From Cirrosporium novae-zelandiae (lineage: Eukaryota), in contig JAPETS010000067.1 in NCBI GenBank assembly GCA_026023565.1, forward strand, positions 62,001-93,368: a stretch of 31,368 nt of DNA. The letters run 5' to 3'. The notes under the pieces were generated by a model. The model saw only the letters and a list, made by a program, of their open reading frames with translations, did no database searches and had not been told where the DNA came from. Position 1 is the first letter of the stretch. Each line of letters begins with the position of its first letter. The position numbers and the translations under genes were made by a program. Below are positions 11,785 to 21,477 of the stretch, in pieces.

Positions 11785-13471
11785 TTACTCTTCTTTACTG
11801 AAACCCATTGTTTCCCAGTTGGCTAAAACCTTAGCCTTCACATCTTCGGGGTATGAATGCTCAAAATCTGCAGCCACCCAATCGCGACCGGTAGTATATT
11901 CTGACGGCAACAAAGCATCCGAGACCACCTTACCTCCCTTGTTAGGGAAACTCGTGCCATGTGACATGTATGGGATCAACGGGAATCCTCTACAACCTTC
12001 GTAGAACGTCTCATCTGTTCCTGGACGGCATCGTGTCGAGAAGGCCCACATGACATCCTTGCCGTTGTAAACATCAATGTCATCCCCAACTAGCACAATT
12101 CGGTGAATGGTGTAGCCTGCTTTTTCGTTGAAGATTAAGTCGCCTATTCTTTTCGAGAATTCTTTGGAATTGGTCTTCATGGCCCTTAGTTTGGCTGTAT
12201 CAACTCTCATAGCTGCCCAGGTAACTTGCGACTCAAACGGACTGAAAACGTCGGTGATAGGGAGATCATGCTCTTGGCAAATACGGCGGATCTCCGCAGC
12301 AGCAAGAGAACCAATCATCGTATGCTATAGATAGCGTTAGTATTACTTCAATATTTCAGATACCATGTTGGAGGCTACAAACCGTCTCATCTGTCAAGCG
12401 GCCAGCAGCTGACATAGGCAAGATAGGGTTATTTCTATATGTAATCGCGTTGACCTTATACTTCGGCCACATATGAGTATCGGCGGGGAAAACATATCCA
12501 TGCATTTCGCCAAATGGACCTTCTGGTCCAGTTTCGCTGATGGATAGTGTTCCCTCCATGACAATTTCACTGTTCGCGGGGACATATAAATCGTTTGTTT
12601 CGCATTTGACAAGGTCAAGAGCTTCACCGACCATAGATCCAATGTAGCCAGCCTCTGTAACACCGTCCGGAATGGGCATACTAGAAGTCATGACAGCTGC
12701 TGGTGGAACACCTAATGCTAATGCCCAAGGCACATCTTTGCCTTCCTTCTTCCACATTTGATGGATCTGCCAGATGTGTTGTGGTTCGATGACCAAGCCG
12801 GTTAAGTGACGTTTATCAGATATCATTGCTCGAGCAATAGCCCAGTTGGTCCATTTTCCATCTGGTGACTGGACAATGTGCATTCCAAAGGTTTGTATGT
12901 ACTTTCCCCCATCATCTTTATGGATCAATGGAGAAGGAAGTGCGGTTAGATCAATCTGATCTTCAAACAGTTTGTTCTCTTTGCATGATCCGGTTTTGAC
13001 AATATTCGGAGGAATTGGTTTCATCTTACTGGCCGATATCATTTTGTCAAGAATTTCCCTCATGGATGCAGTAGGAGGAAGAGCAAGATGTCTAGCTAGT
13101 CTTCCATAGCGTTCTTTGCTCGACTTCCTGAGCGATGCCGGCGCACCTAAAATCCGGAAGAGTCCATCTTTGGTGCCCTTGACGTTATTGAATAGTGGTG
13201 CTTTGTCATTTGTTTCACAGACTTTGCGGGTGATGGCAGCAACTTCCAGGTGAGGATCGACTTCACGGTCTATCTCCACTAAGTCGTTATCCTCTTTAAG
13301 GGCTTCAACAAAGGATCGAAAATTCATATGCGGTAAATCCTGAGGATTTCCTGACTGATGGTAGCTCCGAACATTGGACATAATGATCGGATGTTGGACG
13401 GGCAAGTTATGCTTGACTATAGTAGATCTGGTAGAGGTGGGTAGATTTCTTAGTAGGGATAACTTGGACAT
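11785..13471 (-). CDS. fdc1: prFMN-dependent ferulic/cinnamic acid decarboxylase (UbiD family, Fdc1/CdcA); exons 13471-12383 and 12324-11785, 542 aa from the first ATG
   Basis: Motifs [61 protein letters not shown] and GFPLIPY match fungal Fdc1. Phase-0 intron 12382-12325 (GTTTGT...ACTAAC...ATAG, 58 nt) joins the two ORFs. Alternative in-frame ATG at 13381. Confidence 0.97.
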
Positions 13472-13924
13472 TGAGCGAAGGCTGGTCACAAATATATCCT
13501 TGAATTCAAAGAGACAGCTCACTTTAAACCTACGACTGACACTTGTCACTGTCCCGAACTTAAGTATCTAAGTAACTCCACCTCGGAGGTGGCCAGGATC
13601 GATGGCGATTGTCCTAAATATCACCTTATAATCTATAGATGGTTAGTAAAAATGCTGTTTTCTTTAGCTCCCGAGCACCGTCTACCAAACCTGGGTAGTA
13701 AGTGGGTCTCGCAAAGTCAAAACATAACCCCAAAAAGGTTTCAAACGGTCTCCGAGATGTCTCCAAGCTGTCTCCGAAATGCTTCCACGCTGTTTCCGAG
13801 ATATGACCAGGCTGTCACCTAAATATTTCCGAGATCAAAGAAGTGTTTGTTGGATATATTTTGCCCATTGTTGTATTCTGAACGTTCACACTCCAGGTTC
13901 AAGCTGTTTTTTTTTTCCATCAAA
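13472..13924. promoter_or_regulatory. Bidirectional promoter shared by fdc1 and pad1
   Basis: 453-bp gap between head-to-head ATGs. Contains several CCGA half-sites, a 15-bp palindrome (13578-13592) and an 11-bp periodic array (13748-13835). Confidence 0.85.
13748..13835. repeat. Degenerate 8 x 11-bp tandem array, partly 22-bp higher order
   Basis: Units: GTCTCCGAGAT GTCTCCAAGCT GTCTCCGAAAT GCTTCCACGCT GTTTCCGAGAT ATGACCAGGCT GTCACCTAAAT ATTTCCGAGAT. CC at positions 5-6 and T at position 11 are invariant in all eight. Confidence 0.85.
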
Positions 13925-14773
13925 ATGGCCATATTACAACGATCCACCCCTCTGCTGGATTTGATCAATTCTGGTCTGAAAGACATGAGGCATCGCTGCT
14001 GTGTTCCAACTTTCTATCGAAGCCACCGCCACTTTGGCACCTTACCTGCTTCTCATGCAAGCTTGGGTCAACAAGTGAGACAGGCAACATATCGCTATAG
14101 CATGCCAGGTCTCCAGCCAGCTTCGCAAAATCCATATATTATCTCGAAGAGTCAGTCCGCCAATCTGTCCACTCAAACACCTATCCCTCTCCAACAAAGA
14201 CGGCCTAAACGAATCGTGATCGCCATTACTGGCGCAACAGGCACGGTATATGCTATTCGAGTCCTTCAAATTCTTCGCAAGCTCAATGTTGAGACTCATC
14301 TGATAATCAGCAAATGGGCATTGGCCACAATGAAATATGAGACTGAAATGACCGAGTCGGAGATTCGCAGTCTCGCTTCTTGCACTTATACACATAAGGA
14401 CATGTCAGCACCAATCTCGAGTGGCTCCTTCCTACACGATGGGATGATCATTGTGCCTTGTAGCATGAAAACACTAGCCGCAGTGAGGACTGGTTTTTGT
14501 GATGATTTAATATCACGAGCAGCAGATGTCTCGCTAAAAGAGAGACGGAAATTGATGTTAGTGGTACGGGAAACTCCTCTGAACGATATTCACCTAGACA
14601 ATATGACCTTTTTACGGCACGCTGGGGCTATTATATTCCCTCCTGTGCCCGCCTTTTACACCAGACCAAAAAGTATTGATGACCTTATTGATCAGAGTGT
14701 GGGGCGAATGCTTGACGCATTTGACATTAATCTTGATAATTTCGAAAGGTGGACAGGATTTAGAAAAGACTAA
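13925..14773 (+). CDS. pad1: Flavin prenyltransferase (UbiX family, Pad1/PadA), 282 aa with long N-terminal extension
   Basis: UbiX/Pad1 signatures RIVIAITGATG, ETHLIISKWA, APISSGSF, PCSMKTLA, LISRAADV, VVRETPL, PPVPAFY. ATG in CAAAATGG context at 13925; the ORF track starts at a non-ATG codon upstream. No intron is required. Confidence 0.95.
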   Translation: MAILQRSTPLLDLINSGLKDMRHRCCVPTFYRSHRHFGTLPASHASLGQQVRQATYRYSMPGLQPASQNPYIISKSQSANLSTQTPIPLQQRRPKRIVIAITGATGTVYAIRVLQILRKLNVETHLIISKWALATMKYETEMTESEIRSLASCTYTHKDMSAPISSGSFLHDGMIIVPCSMKTLAAVRTGFCDDLISRAADVSLKERRKLMLVVRETPLNDIHLDNMTFLRHAGAIIFPPVPAFYTRPKSIDDLIDQSVGRMLDAFDINLDNFERWTGFRKD

Positions 14774-15723
14774 TAATTCAAGAAACGACCATTTTGATAA
14801 GCTGTAGCTTCGTGAAGAAGAATCGGCTGGGGGTCTTGTGCTTGTAGGTGGGCACATTGGTGTAATACAATTCTTATCTTTGTCAGAGATGGTTGGATGT
14901 GGGCGGATGGCAATTAATATGAGGAGTTACCGGGCGCATAAATTGTTATGAGGAACTATTACATCATTACAATGCATAAGCGAAGTAGTCACCTCTAAAA
15001 ATTTTTATGACGAGGTTCTGCATCAACTTTTAGACTGTCAAGAACAATAAATGTTTGGTGTGACGAGTAATTTCCTTGGGTAATACTTTGGTACACAGTA
15101 TATAATTTGAATCTTCCAACATTCTATCCCTCTGTTTATTCTACCACTAGCTTCGAAGCGTTGCGATTAAATCGCCTAGGTATCAATGAAGACACATCCG
15201 ATATTGGAATAACTACCTACCTAGGTAGGTACCTATATAGCATACTTTAACCTGCCCTCTCCACGTGCAAAGTATTCTTAAATGGAATGCCTGAAGTTGC
15301 CAACCTCCACGGTGCTGGATAGAGGTACGATGGATGACGATATAAAGACGACCAATAAGTTAGTAATCAGGCCCAAAATCCTAGTTCAAATTAAAATCTG
15401 TAGTGAGTGGATCCGACAGCTAAAAAGAAGAAAGTCGCAAGCCGTCGTTCCGTTCTCTGATGGTACCTTTTCATAAATTAGACTGGGGATGTGGATGAGC
15501 GAGCATCAGAAATGCCTACAAACCGATGACCATAAACCGAAGAGTTCACACTTGAAATCATATCAAAATCATATATTGGTTCGTCGCATTCCCATGGAAC
15601 TCATTCCAGGATGATCGCCGACCACCTGGGGATCTCTTCCTTACGCTCAATGCACGCCTGACGCCAGACCAGCAGTAGTTTTAGACGTAACAGTGTGGCC
15701 TTGCCCAACACGTAGCTGGAGAA

Positions 15724-16463
15724 TCACCCCAAGACTTTCATCTTCTTCTTTCCCCCCTTCTTCTTCACCCCCTCCTTCTGAAATTCTCTCCAGCTGCCAA
15801 TTCGCCCATCCCGAGTTTCCTCCCATTCCTTTTCAACATCTCGTTTCCTCTTCCTAGCTTCGATCTCTTCGTCTTCCTTCCTCTGGGCTCTCCCTTCCTC
15901 TGCTAATTTCGCTTTCATTCTTTTTCTTCTTCGCGCTTCAGCATCCACTAAAACCTCAACAGTCTTCTTTCTCCATTCTTTTTTGAACTCGGCCGTCTTT
16001 AGTTCAGGGGAGTCCACTGTATATTTGTGCTCTCTTATTAAAAGCATACGAGCATCAGCAATGCATTCGTCCAGGTGGGTTCGTTCTTTCTCATCCAGAA
16101 GAGTGGTATGCGCCTTTTTCAAGCGGTCAAAGGCATCTGGTGCTTGAGGATTCGTTGTTTTATCCGGATGTATGAGAAGAGACTTCTTGCGGTACTGTAC
16201 TTTGATGTCGGAATCGGGAACGCCAGGTTGGAGATCAAGCACTGCATACCTAAGCAATTATTAGTGCTATAAACAAGATTGAGTAGTCGCAAATACATAC
16301 GCATCAAGCCGAAATGCCTTCAAGATTCTATCAATCTCTGCGTCCTATAAAATAGTCAGTAATCTTGACGCTATCGCGTTCGGCTGGAAGATAGGCTTGC
16401 CTTATCAAAGTTCTTAGCCTCCTTCTCAAGAGCATCTAGCGCATCAAGTCCATCGCCAGCCAT
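15724..16463 (-). CDS. J-domain protein, DNAJC8/Spf31-like; exons 16463-16401, 16344-16301, 16249-15724, 210 aa
   Basis: Spliced product MAGDGLDALDALEKEAKNFDK|DAEIDRILKAFRLDA|YAVLDLQPG...YRKKSLLIHPDK contains the HPD motif. Charged C-terminus with WEETRDGRIGSWREFQK. Intron 1 is GC-AG (16400-16345); intron 2 is GT-AG (16300-16250). Confidence 0.9.
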
Positions 16464-16683
16464 AGTTAATGTCCGTGAAAACTTAATGAATGATAAGCCG
16501 AGTAATTGTAGTTTGTGAAGTTGAAGAAATGGAGGGAGAGTCGTAATCTTCAATTCGTCGGGGAGATATTATGTAGGGGCAAGGCCAAGCATCGGCAATG
16601 CAAAACGTTAACTCCGAGGTAGAACTCCAAAAATTTCCCCAAGACAAAATTTAAGAGTAGAACTATACTCTGCGACAACAACC
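16464..16683. promoter_or_regulatory. Compact bidirectional promoter (J-protein / DBP4) with RRPE-like AAAA(A)TTT cores
   Basis: 220-bp head-to-head gap. AAAAATTT at 16629-16636 and a second AAAATTT about 15 bp downstream, just before a ribosome biogenesis gene. Confidence 0.5.
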
Positions 16684-19092
16684 ATGCCAGCTCGTATTGC
16701 ACATCGCAAGGGCCCGCCGAAGCCTCAGCACAACGCGAAAGCTCTAAAACGAAAACGTGAAGTTGAGGATCTTGCAGGCCTTGAACAACGCGTTACGAAA
16801 CTAGATTCAAGTCCTATTACTCCATACCAAGAATTCGCAGAGCTCCCACTCTCTCAACCCACTACTTCTGGCTTATCCTCGTCACATTTCAAAACACTCA
16901 CTGATGTGCAGTCTCGTGCAATCCCTCTTGCGTTGAAGGGTCGTGACATACTCGGCGCTGCAAAAACAGGCAGCGGCAAAACACTCTCTTTCCTGATTCC
17001 AGTACTTGAAAATCTATATCGCCGAAGATGGACCGAATACGATGGGCTGGGGGCCCTTATCCTTTCGCCTACTCGAGAACTTGCGATTCAAATATTCGAT
17101 GTGCTACGGAAAATAGGGCGCTACCATACATTCTCTGCTGGATTGGTTATTGGAGGGAAGAGCCTACAAGAGGAGCAAGAGAGGCTAAGTAGAATGAATA
17201 TTCTAGTGTGTACGCCGGGAAGAATACTCCAACACCTTGATCAGACTTCTGCATTTGAGATAGGAAATTTGCAGATGTTGGTTCTGGATGAGGCCGACCG
17301 TATCATGGACATGGGATTTCAAAGTACAGTGGATGCCATTGTGGAACATATACCCAATGAAAGACAGACAATGTTATTCAGTGCTACACAGACCAAGAAA
17401 GTATCAGATCTAGCCCGTCTGAGTTTACGAGAACCAGAATACGTTGCTGTTCATGAGGCCTCAGATAGCGCCACCCCAGCAAAATTGCAACAGAATTATG
17501 TGGTGACCGCTTTACCTGACAAACTAGACACCCTGTGGAGTTTCCTAAGAGCCAACCTCAAATCGAAAATCCTGGTGTTCATGTCGTCAGGAAAGCAAGT
17601 TCGGTTTGTCTATGAAAGTTTTCGGCATATGCAGCCTGGTATTCCCCTTCTTCATCTCCACGGTCGGCAAAAGCAAACAGCAAGGCTGGGTATCACTTCA
17701 AAATTTTCTTCTGCTAAATATTCATGTCTCTTTGCTACAGATGTAGTGGCTCGCGGCTTGGACTTCCCTGCGGTGGACTGGGTTATTCAACTAGACTGCC
17801 CTGAAGATGCGGATACATATGTCCACCGTGTAGGACGAACCGCAAGGTATGAACGTAATGGGAGGGCCGTTATCTTCCTAGACCCCAGCGAAGAAGAGGG
17901 CATGCTCAAGCGTCTCGAGCATAAAAAAGTTCCCATTGAGCGAATTAACATACGGCAGAAAAAGCAACAGAGCATTAAGAACTTGCTGCAGAACATGTGC
18001 TTCAAGGACCCAGAATTGAAGTACTTGGGGCAAAAAGCATTCATATCTTATGTTCGGTCAGTCCACGTTCAACGTGACAAAGAGATATTTCAACTAGATA
18101 AGTTACCTTTGGAAGAATTTGCAGCAAGCCTTGGTCTTCCTGGTGCACCAAGAATAAAATTTCAAAAGGGTGATGATGCAAAAAAATTGAAGAACGCGCC
18201 TTATGGACTGCTATCATCAGATGAAGAAACGTCTGATGAGGATGGTAATACGGAAAAGAAGAAACCTAAAAAAGTAATAAGGACGAAATATGATCGAATG
18301 TTTGAAAGAAAAAATCAAGATGTGCTAGCAGATCATTACTTGAAGATGGTCGATGACGGACGAGCTGGGAGTGATGGCCTAGAAGGCACTGACTCAGACG
18401 ATGACTTCCTCAATGTGAAGCAGCGTTTTAAGGTTGATGATAAGGCACTCGACAAAGCCGTATTGCCGGCAGACCACGACACCACACCCCCTAAACCAGT
18501 CAAAGTTGTTTCGGTGGATGGTGGAGATCCCTTGGTTATTGACTCCAAACGCCGGGAAAAGCTACTCAAATCCAAGAAAAAGATGCTGAAGCTCAAAGGT
18601 AGAGGGACAAAGCTGGTTTATGATGACGATGGCAATGCGCATGAGGTATACGAGCTAGAGGACGATGAACAATTCCGTGAACGTGGCAGGGCGGAAGAAC
18701 AGAGGAAGAAGTTCGTAGATGCCGAAAGAGAAAGAGTGAAGGAGGCAGATGTCAAAGACAAGGAACTTGTCAAACAGAAGAGAAGAGAAAAGAAGGAAAA
18801 GGCCAAAGCAAGAGAGAGACAGCTTGCTGAGGCTGAAGATGAAGACGAAGGGCCTAGTGCAGTCTTGGTTCCTTATGAAGGGGATGATGATGGTAATACT
18901 AAGGTTGATGACATGTCCGGGGATGAAAACGAAGCCGAAACGACATCCCTTGAACCCACACCAAAGAGGCAGAAGAAGTGGTTCCAAGACGGTTCGGACG
19001 GTGAGAAGGCTAAGCAGGAAAAGAGGGTTGTAAATGCTGAACCAGAGACTTTGGAGGATCTTGAAGCACTGGCAACAGGGTTACTCGATTAG
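16684..19092 (+). CDS. DBP4: ATP-dependent DEAD-box RNA helicase Dbp4 (DDX10), 802 aa, intronless
   Basis: Q motif, [30 protein letters not shown] and HRVGRTAR are present. Dbp4-typical [29 protein letters not shown] and [16 protein letters not shown] are also present. Confidence 0.96.
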   Translation: MPARIAHRKGPPKPQHNAKALKRKREVEDLAGLEQRVTKLDSSPITPYQEFAELPLSQPTTSGLSSSHFKTLTDVQSRAIPLALKGRDILGAAKTGSGKTLSFLIPVLENLYRRRWTEYDGLGALILSPTRELAIQIFDVLRKIGRYHTFSAGLVIGGKSLQEEQERLSRMNILVCTPGRILQHLDQTSAFEIGNLQMLVLDEADRIMDMGFQSTVDAIVEHIPNERQTMLFSATQTKKVSDLARLSLREPEYVAVHEASDSATPAKLQQNYVVTALPDKLDTLWSFLRANLKSKILVFMSSGKQVRFVYESFRHMQPGIPLLHLHGRQKQTARLGITSKFSSAKYSCLFATDVVARGLDFPAVDWVIQLDCPEDADTYVHRVGRTARYERNGRAVIFLDPSEEEGMLKRLEHKKVPIERINIRQKKQQSIKNLLQNMCFKDPELKYLGQKAFISYVRSVHVQRDKEIFQLDKLPLEEFAASLGLPGAPRIKFQKGDDAKKLKNAPYGLLSSDEETSDEDGNTEKKKPKKVIRTKYDRMFERKNQDVLADHYLKMVDDGRAGSDGLEGTDSDDDFLNVKQRFKVDDKALDKAVLPADHDTTPPKPVKVVSVDGGDPLVIDSKRREKLLKSKKKMLKLKGRGTKLVYDDDGNAHEVYELEDDEQFRERGRAEEQRKKFVDAERERVKEADVKDKELVKQKRREKKEKAKARERQLAEAEDEDEGPSAVLVPYEGDDDGNTKVDDMSGDENEAETTSLEPTPKRQKKWFQDGSDGEKAKQEKRVVNAEPETLEDLEALATGLLD

Positions 19093-19306
19093 AAGAAAAT
19101 ATAGTTAATTTTTTAGGGCTAATATGCTAATATAGCCAACCTATTCAATGACTAGAGAACCTTTCACTAGACTAGCGAGACCAGATAACTATTCTTCTCA
19201 CTCCCTTCTACGTACTTTATATTCTTCGGTGTTGTGCCATCCGATCCCCATGCCTATCGGCGAGCCCACGACCGACAACCGAGGGGAGAGGAGATTGCTG
19301 ACGGGC

Positions 19307-19355
19307 TGACGTCAAAACTAACCGTAACATCAACCACTAGTTAATTGTTACCCGG
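19307..19355 (+). promoter_or_regulatory. CRE palindrome (TGACGTCA) and Reb1-type site (TTACCCGG) upstream of FAD synthetase
   Basis: Exact matches at 19307-19314 and 19348-19355, 210-260 bp upstream of the ATG. Function is inferred only. Confidence 0.35.
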
Positions 19356-19566
19356 TACCCGTTTCGAACAGATTACGATTGCGAACTCAGAATGAATGTT
19401 ACAAAGTTTACAATCCTTCAATCTTTTCCTGTTGTAAACAAGATATAAAGATAGAAATATATACTTCCCACCCATCGCCAATCCCTTCCAAATATCCTAT
19501 CCCCCCCCCTCCAACCCTTAACGTTAAATATATGGCCCGGAACCCCCAACGAAACAACAACACGCA

Positions 19567-20817
19567 ATGCCCTCTGAGATTCTCCCCGCTCTTAACGGTA
19601 TCAGCGATTCCGGCCCCTCCATCTCCTCCTCCATCTCCAACAATAACAACAACAACAACAACCCATTCACCAGTAACCATGCCTCGCCGTCGCCGTTTCC
19701 ACCTACTACTACCACAACTGCCACCACTACTATCACTACTAGCAGCAGCAGCCTAGAAGAAATATGTTCAATCACTCACGCGCAAATATCGCAATTCCTA
19801 GCCACACCTGCGTCTACGGAGTTGCTACACAATGTGCAAAAACAGACGAGAGCGAGCTTGGATGTGATATCGGAGGCATTGAGGAGATATGAGTACGTGA
19901 ATATACATACATCCATACATATATGAATTTTGCGGCTTAGAGCCGAAGTCTTATGCTACCCCCCCCTTCTCTACAGCCTTGGCGAAATCAATCCCATTAA
20001 TATTATTATTGAACCAGCACATAGCTAATTGTTATTCGTCTCTCATTCTCTAGCCTTTCCTCCCTCTCACTCTCCTACAACGGTGGCAAAGATTGCCTCG
20101 TCCTCCTAATCCTCTATCTCTCAGCCATCTACACGCATTTCTGCCCACAGCCCCAACAGTCCCCTCCAAAAACCCTCCAGCAACAGCAACGTCCCCCCGA
20201 GCAGCCTGTTCCTTTCCCCCTAACCCTCCAGTCCACCTACATCCCACCCCCCTCTCCTTTCCCCACCGTAACATCCTTCGTGCAACGCACCTCGCAAACA
20301 TATCATCTCTCCCTCAGCAGTACTGGCCCCACATCTTCTTCACAGATGAAAAACGCTTTCTCCACCTATTTGGAGTCACATCCGCAGATCAAGGGGATAT
20401 TTGTGGGAACGCGGAGGACGGACCCTCATGGTGAGAAACTGACTTTTTTTGATGAGACGGATCATGGTTGGCCTAGGTTCATGCGTATACATCCCGTTAT
20501 TGAGTGGCACTACACGGAGATTTGGGCGGTACGTTATACTCCATTCCATTTGTTAGACGTCGCCTTGCTCCCTAATATACTAATATGATTTGTAACACCA
20601 TCAGTTCCTCCGCCATCTTCAAATTCCTTATTGTTCGCTCTACGACCTTGGCTATACTTCTCTCGGAGGAACAAATGATACGCATCCCAATCCTGCTTTG
20701 CTTCTGCCGTCAGGCAAACCAGGAGAAGGAAGTAATCATGTGGAGCACCAACCTAGATATAGGCCAGCCTATGAACTGATTGAAGATACCGAGGAGAGAC
20801 TGGGAAGGGAGTCATGA
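19567..20817 (+). CDS. FAD1: FAD synthetase (FMN adenylyltransferase, PAPS-reductase fold); exons 19567-19892, 20054-20528, 20605-20817, 337 aa
   Basis: Spliced product contains [71 protein letters not shown] and ERLGR. Introns 19893-20053 (161 nt) and 20529-20604 (76 nt) both start GTACGT. Confidence 0.93.
19639..19752 (+). repeat. Coding trinucleotide repeats (poly-Asn, poly-Thr, poly-Ser) in the FAD1 N-terminus
   Basis: (AAC)n, (ACT/ACC)n and (AGC)4 encode [20 protein letters not shown] and SSSS. Confidence 0.75.
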
Positions 20818-21477
20818 CCATCGTTAGACCTCAAAATACGAGCATCGTATTTTTGCATGGTCTTCTCTTCAAGTATTCAATGCATTTTCGACTACTGTAG
20901 ATTTCAACGCATCATAGGATATCTATGACGAAGCAATAGCCTAGATAGAATAATAAAACCTCTTAGACAGTAGCATGACAAGAATAATGTTATTTTGTTC
21001 GAAGTGGCAGCAAGCTTCGATCGTCTGCACCAAACTAGAACTAGAGAAAGCTAATGAATGACATGATCCCACCTATCGCATGTTTCTTGCAAGCCCTTCT
21101 GTGCATGAGATACAACGTATCTCGGTCCATCTTTCCGAGAAGCTCCTTCGTACAGATACAACTGTGGTAATATAAAGACGCGCCGCTTGACATTAACAAT
21201 CATCAACCCTGTCATTATTGCATGCAGAAATAGAGAACAAACACGTTACCATCCTATAGAAATACTACCGTCGAACCGACCAGCTGCTGAAGAATATTGT
21301 TAAGGGTACCATTCCAGAAGAAATAGGATAACACCGGTCTTGACACGCTAATGCTGTACAAAAGAGAAGTAAGGGTCGAGCGGAACATATCGACATGTAA
21401 TAGTGTAAACAGCCGAAGACCACGACTAACTGAGTCAATTAACAATCCTTGAGGTCGGAGGGTAGTTTACCAAATCT

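Noticed and set aside
13472..13549. ORF-track N-terminal extension of Fdc1 from 13549 (and of Pad1 from 13847)
   Set aside because: These begin at GTG/TTG codons; the first ATGs are at 13471 and 13925.
13748..13835. CRISPR-like interpretation of the periodic array
   Set aside because: Eukaryotic context, 11-bp contiguous units without unique spacers, and no cas genes.
15214..15231. Perfect 18-bp palindrome TACCTACCTAGGTAGGTA
   Set aside because: Built from TACC/GGTA simple repeats that recur elsewhere in this window's intergenic DNA; no independent sign of function.
17787..19033. Antisense and alternative-frame ORFs inside DBP4 (likewise inside fdc1, pad1, the RRM gene and CPR)
   Set aside because: Shadow ORFs of well-supported genes, with no motifs of their own.
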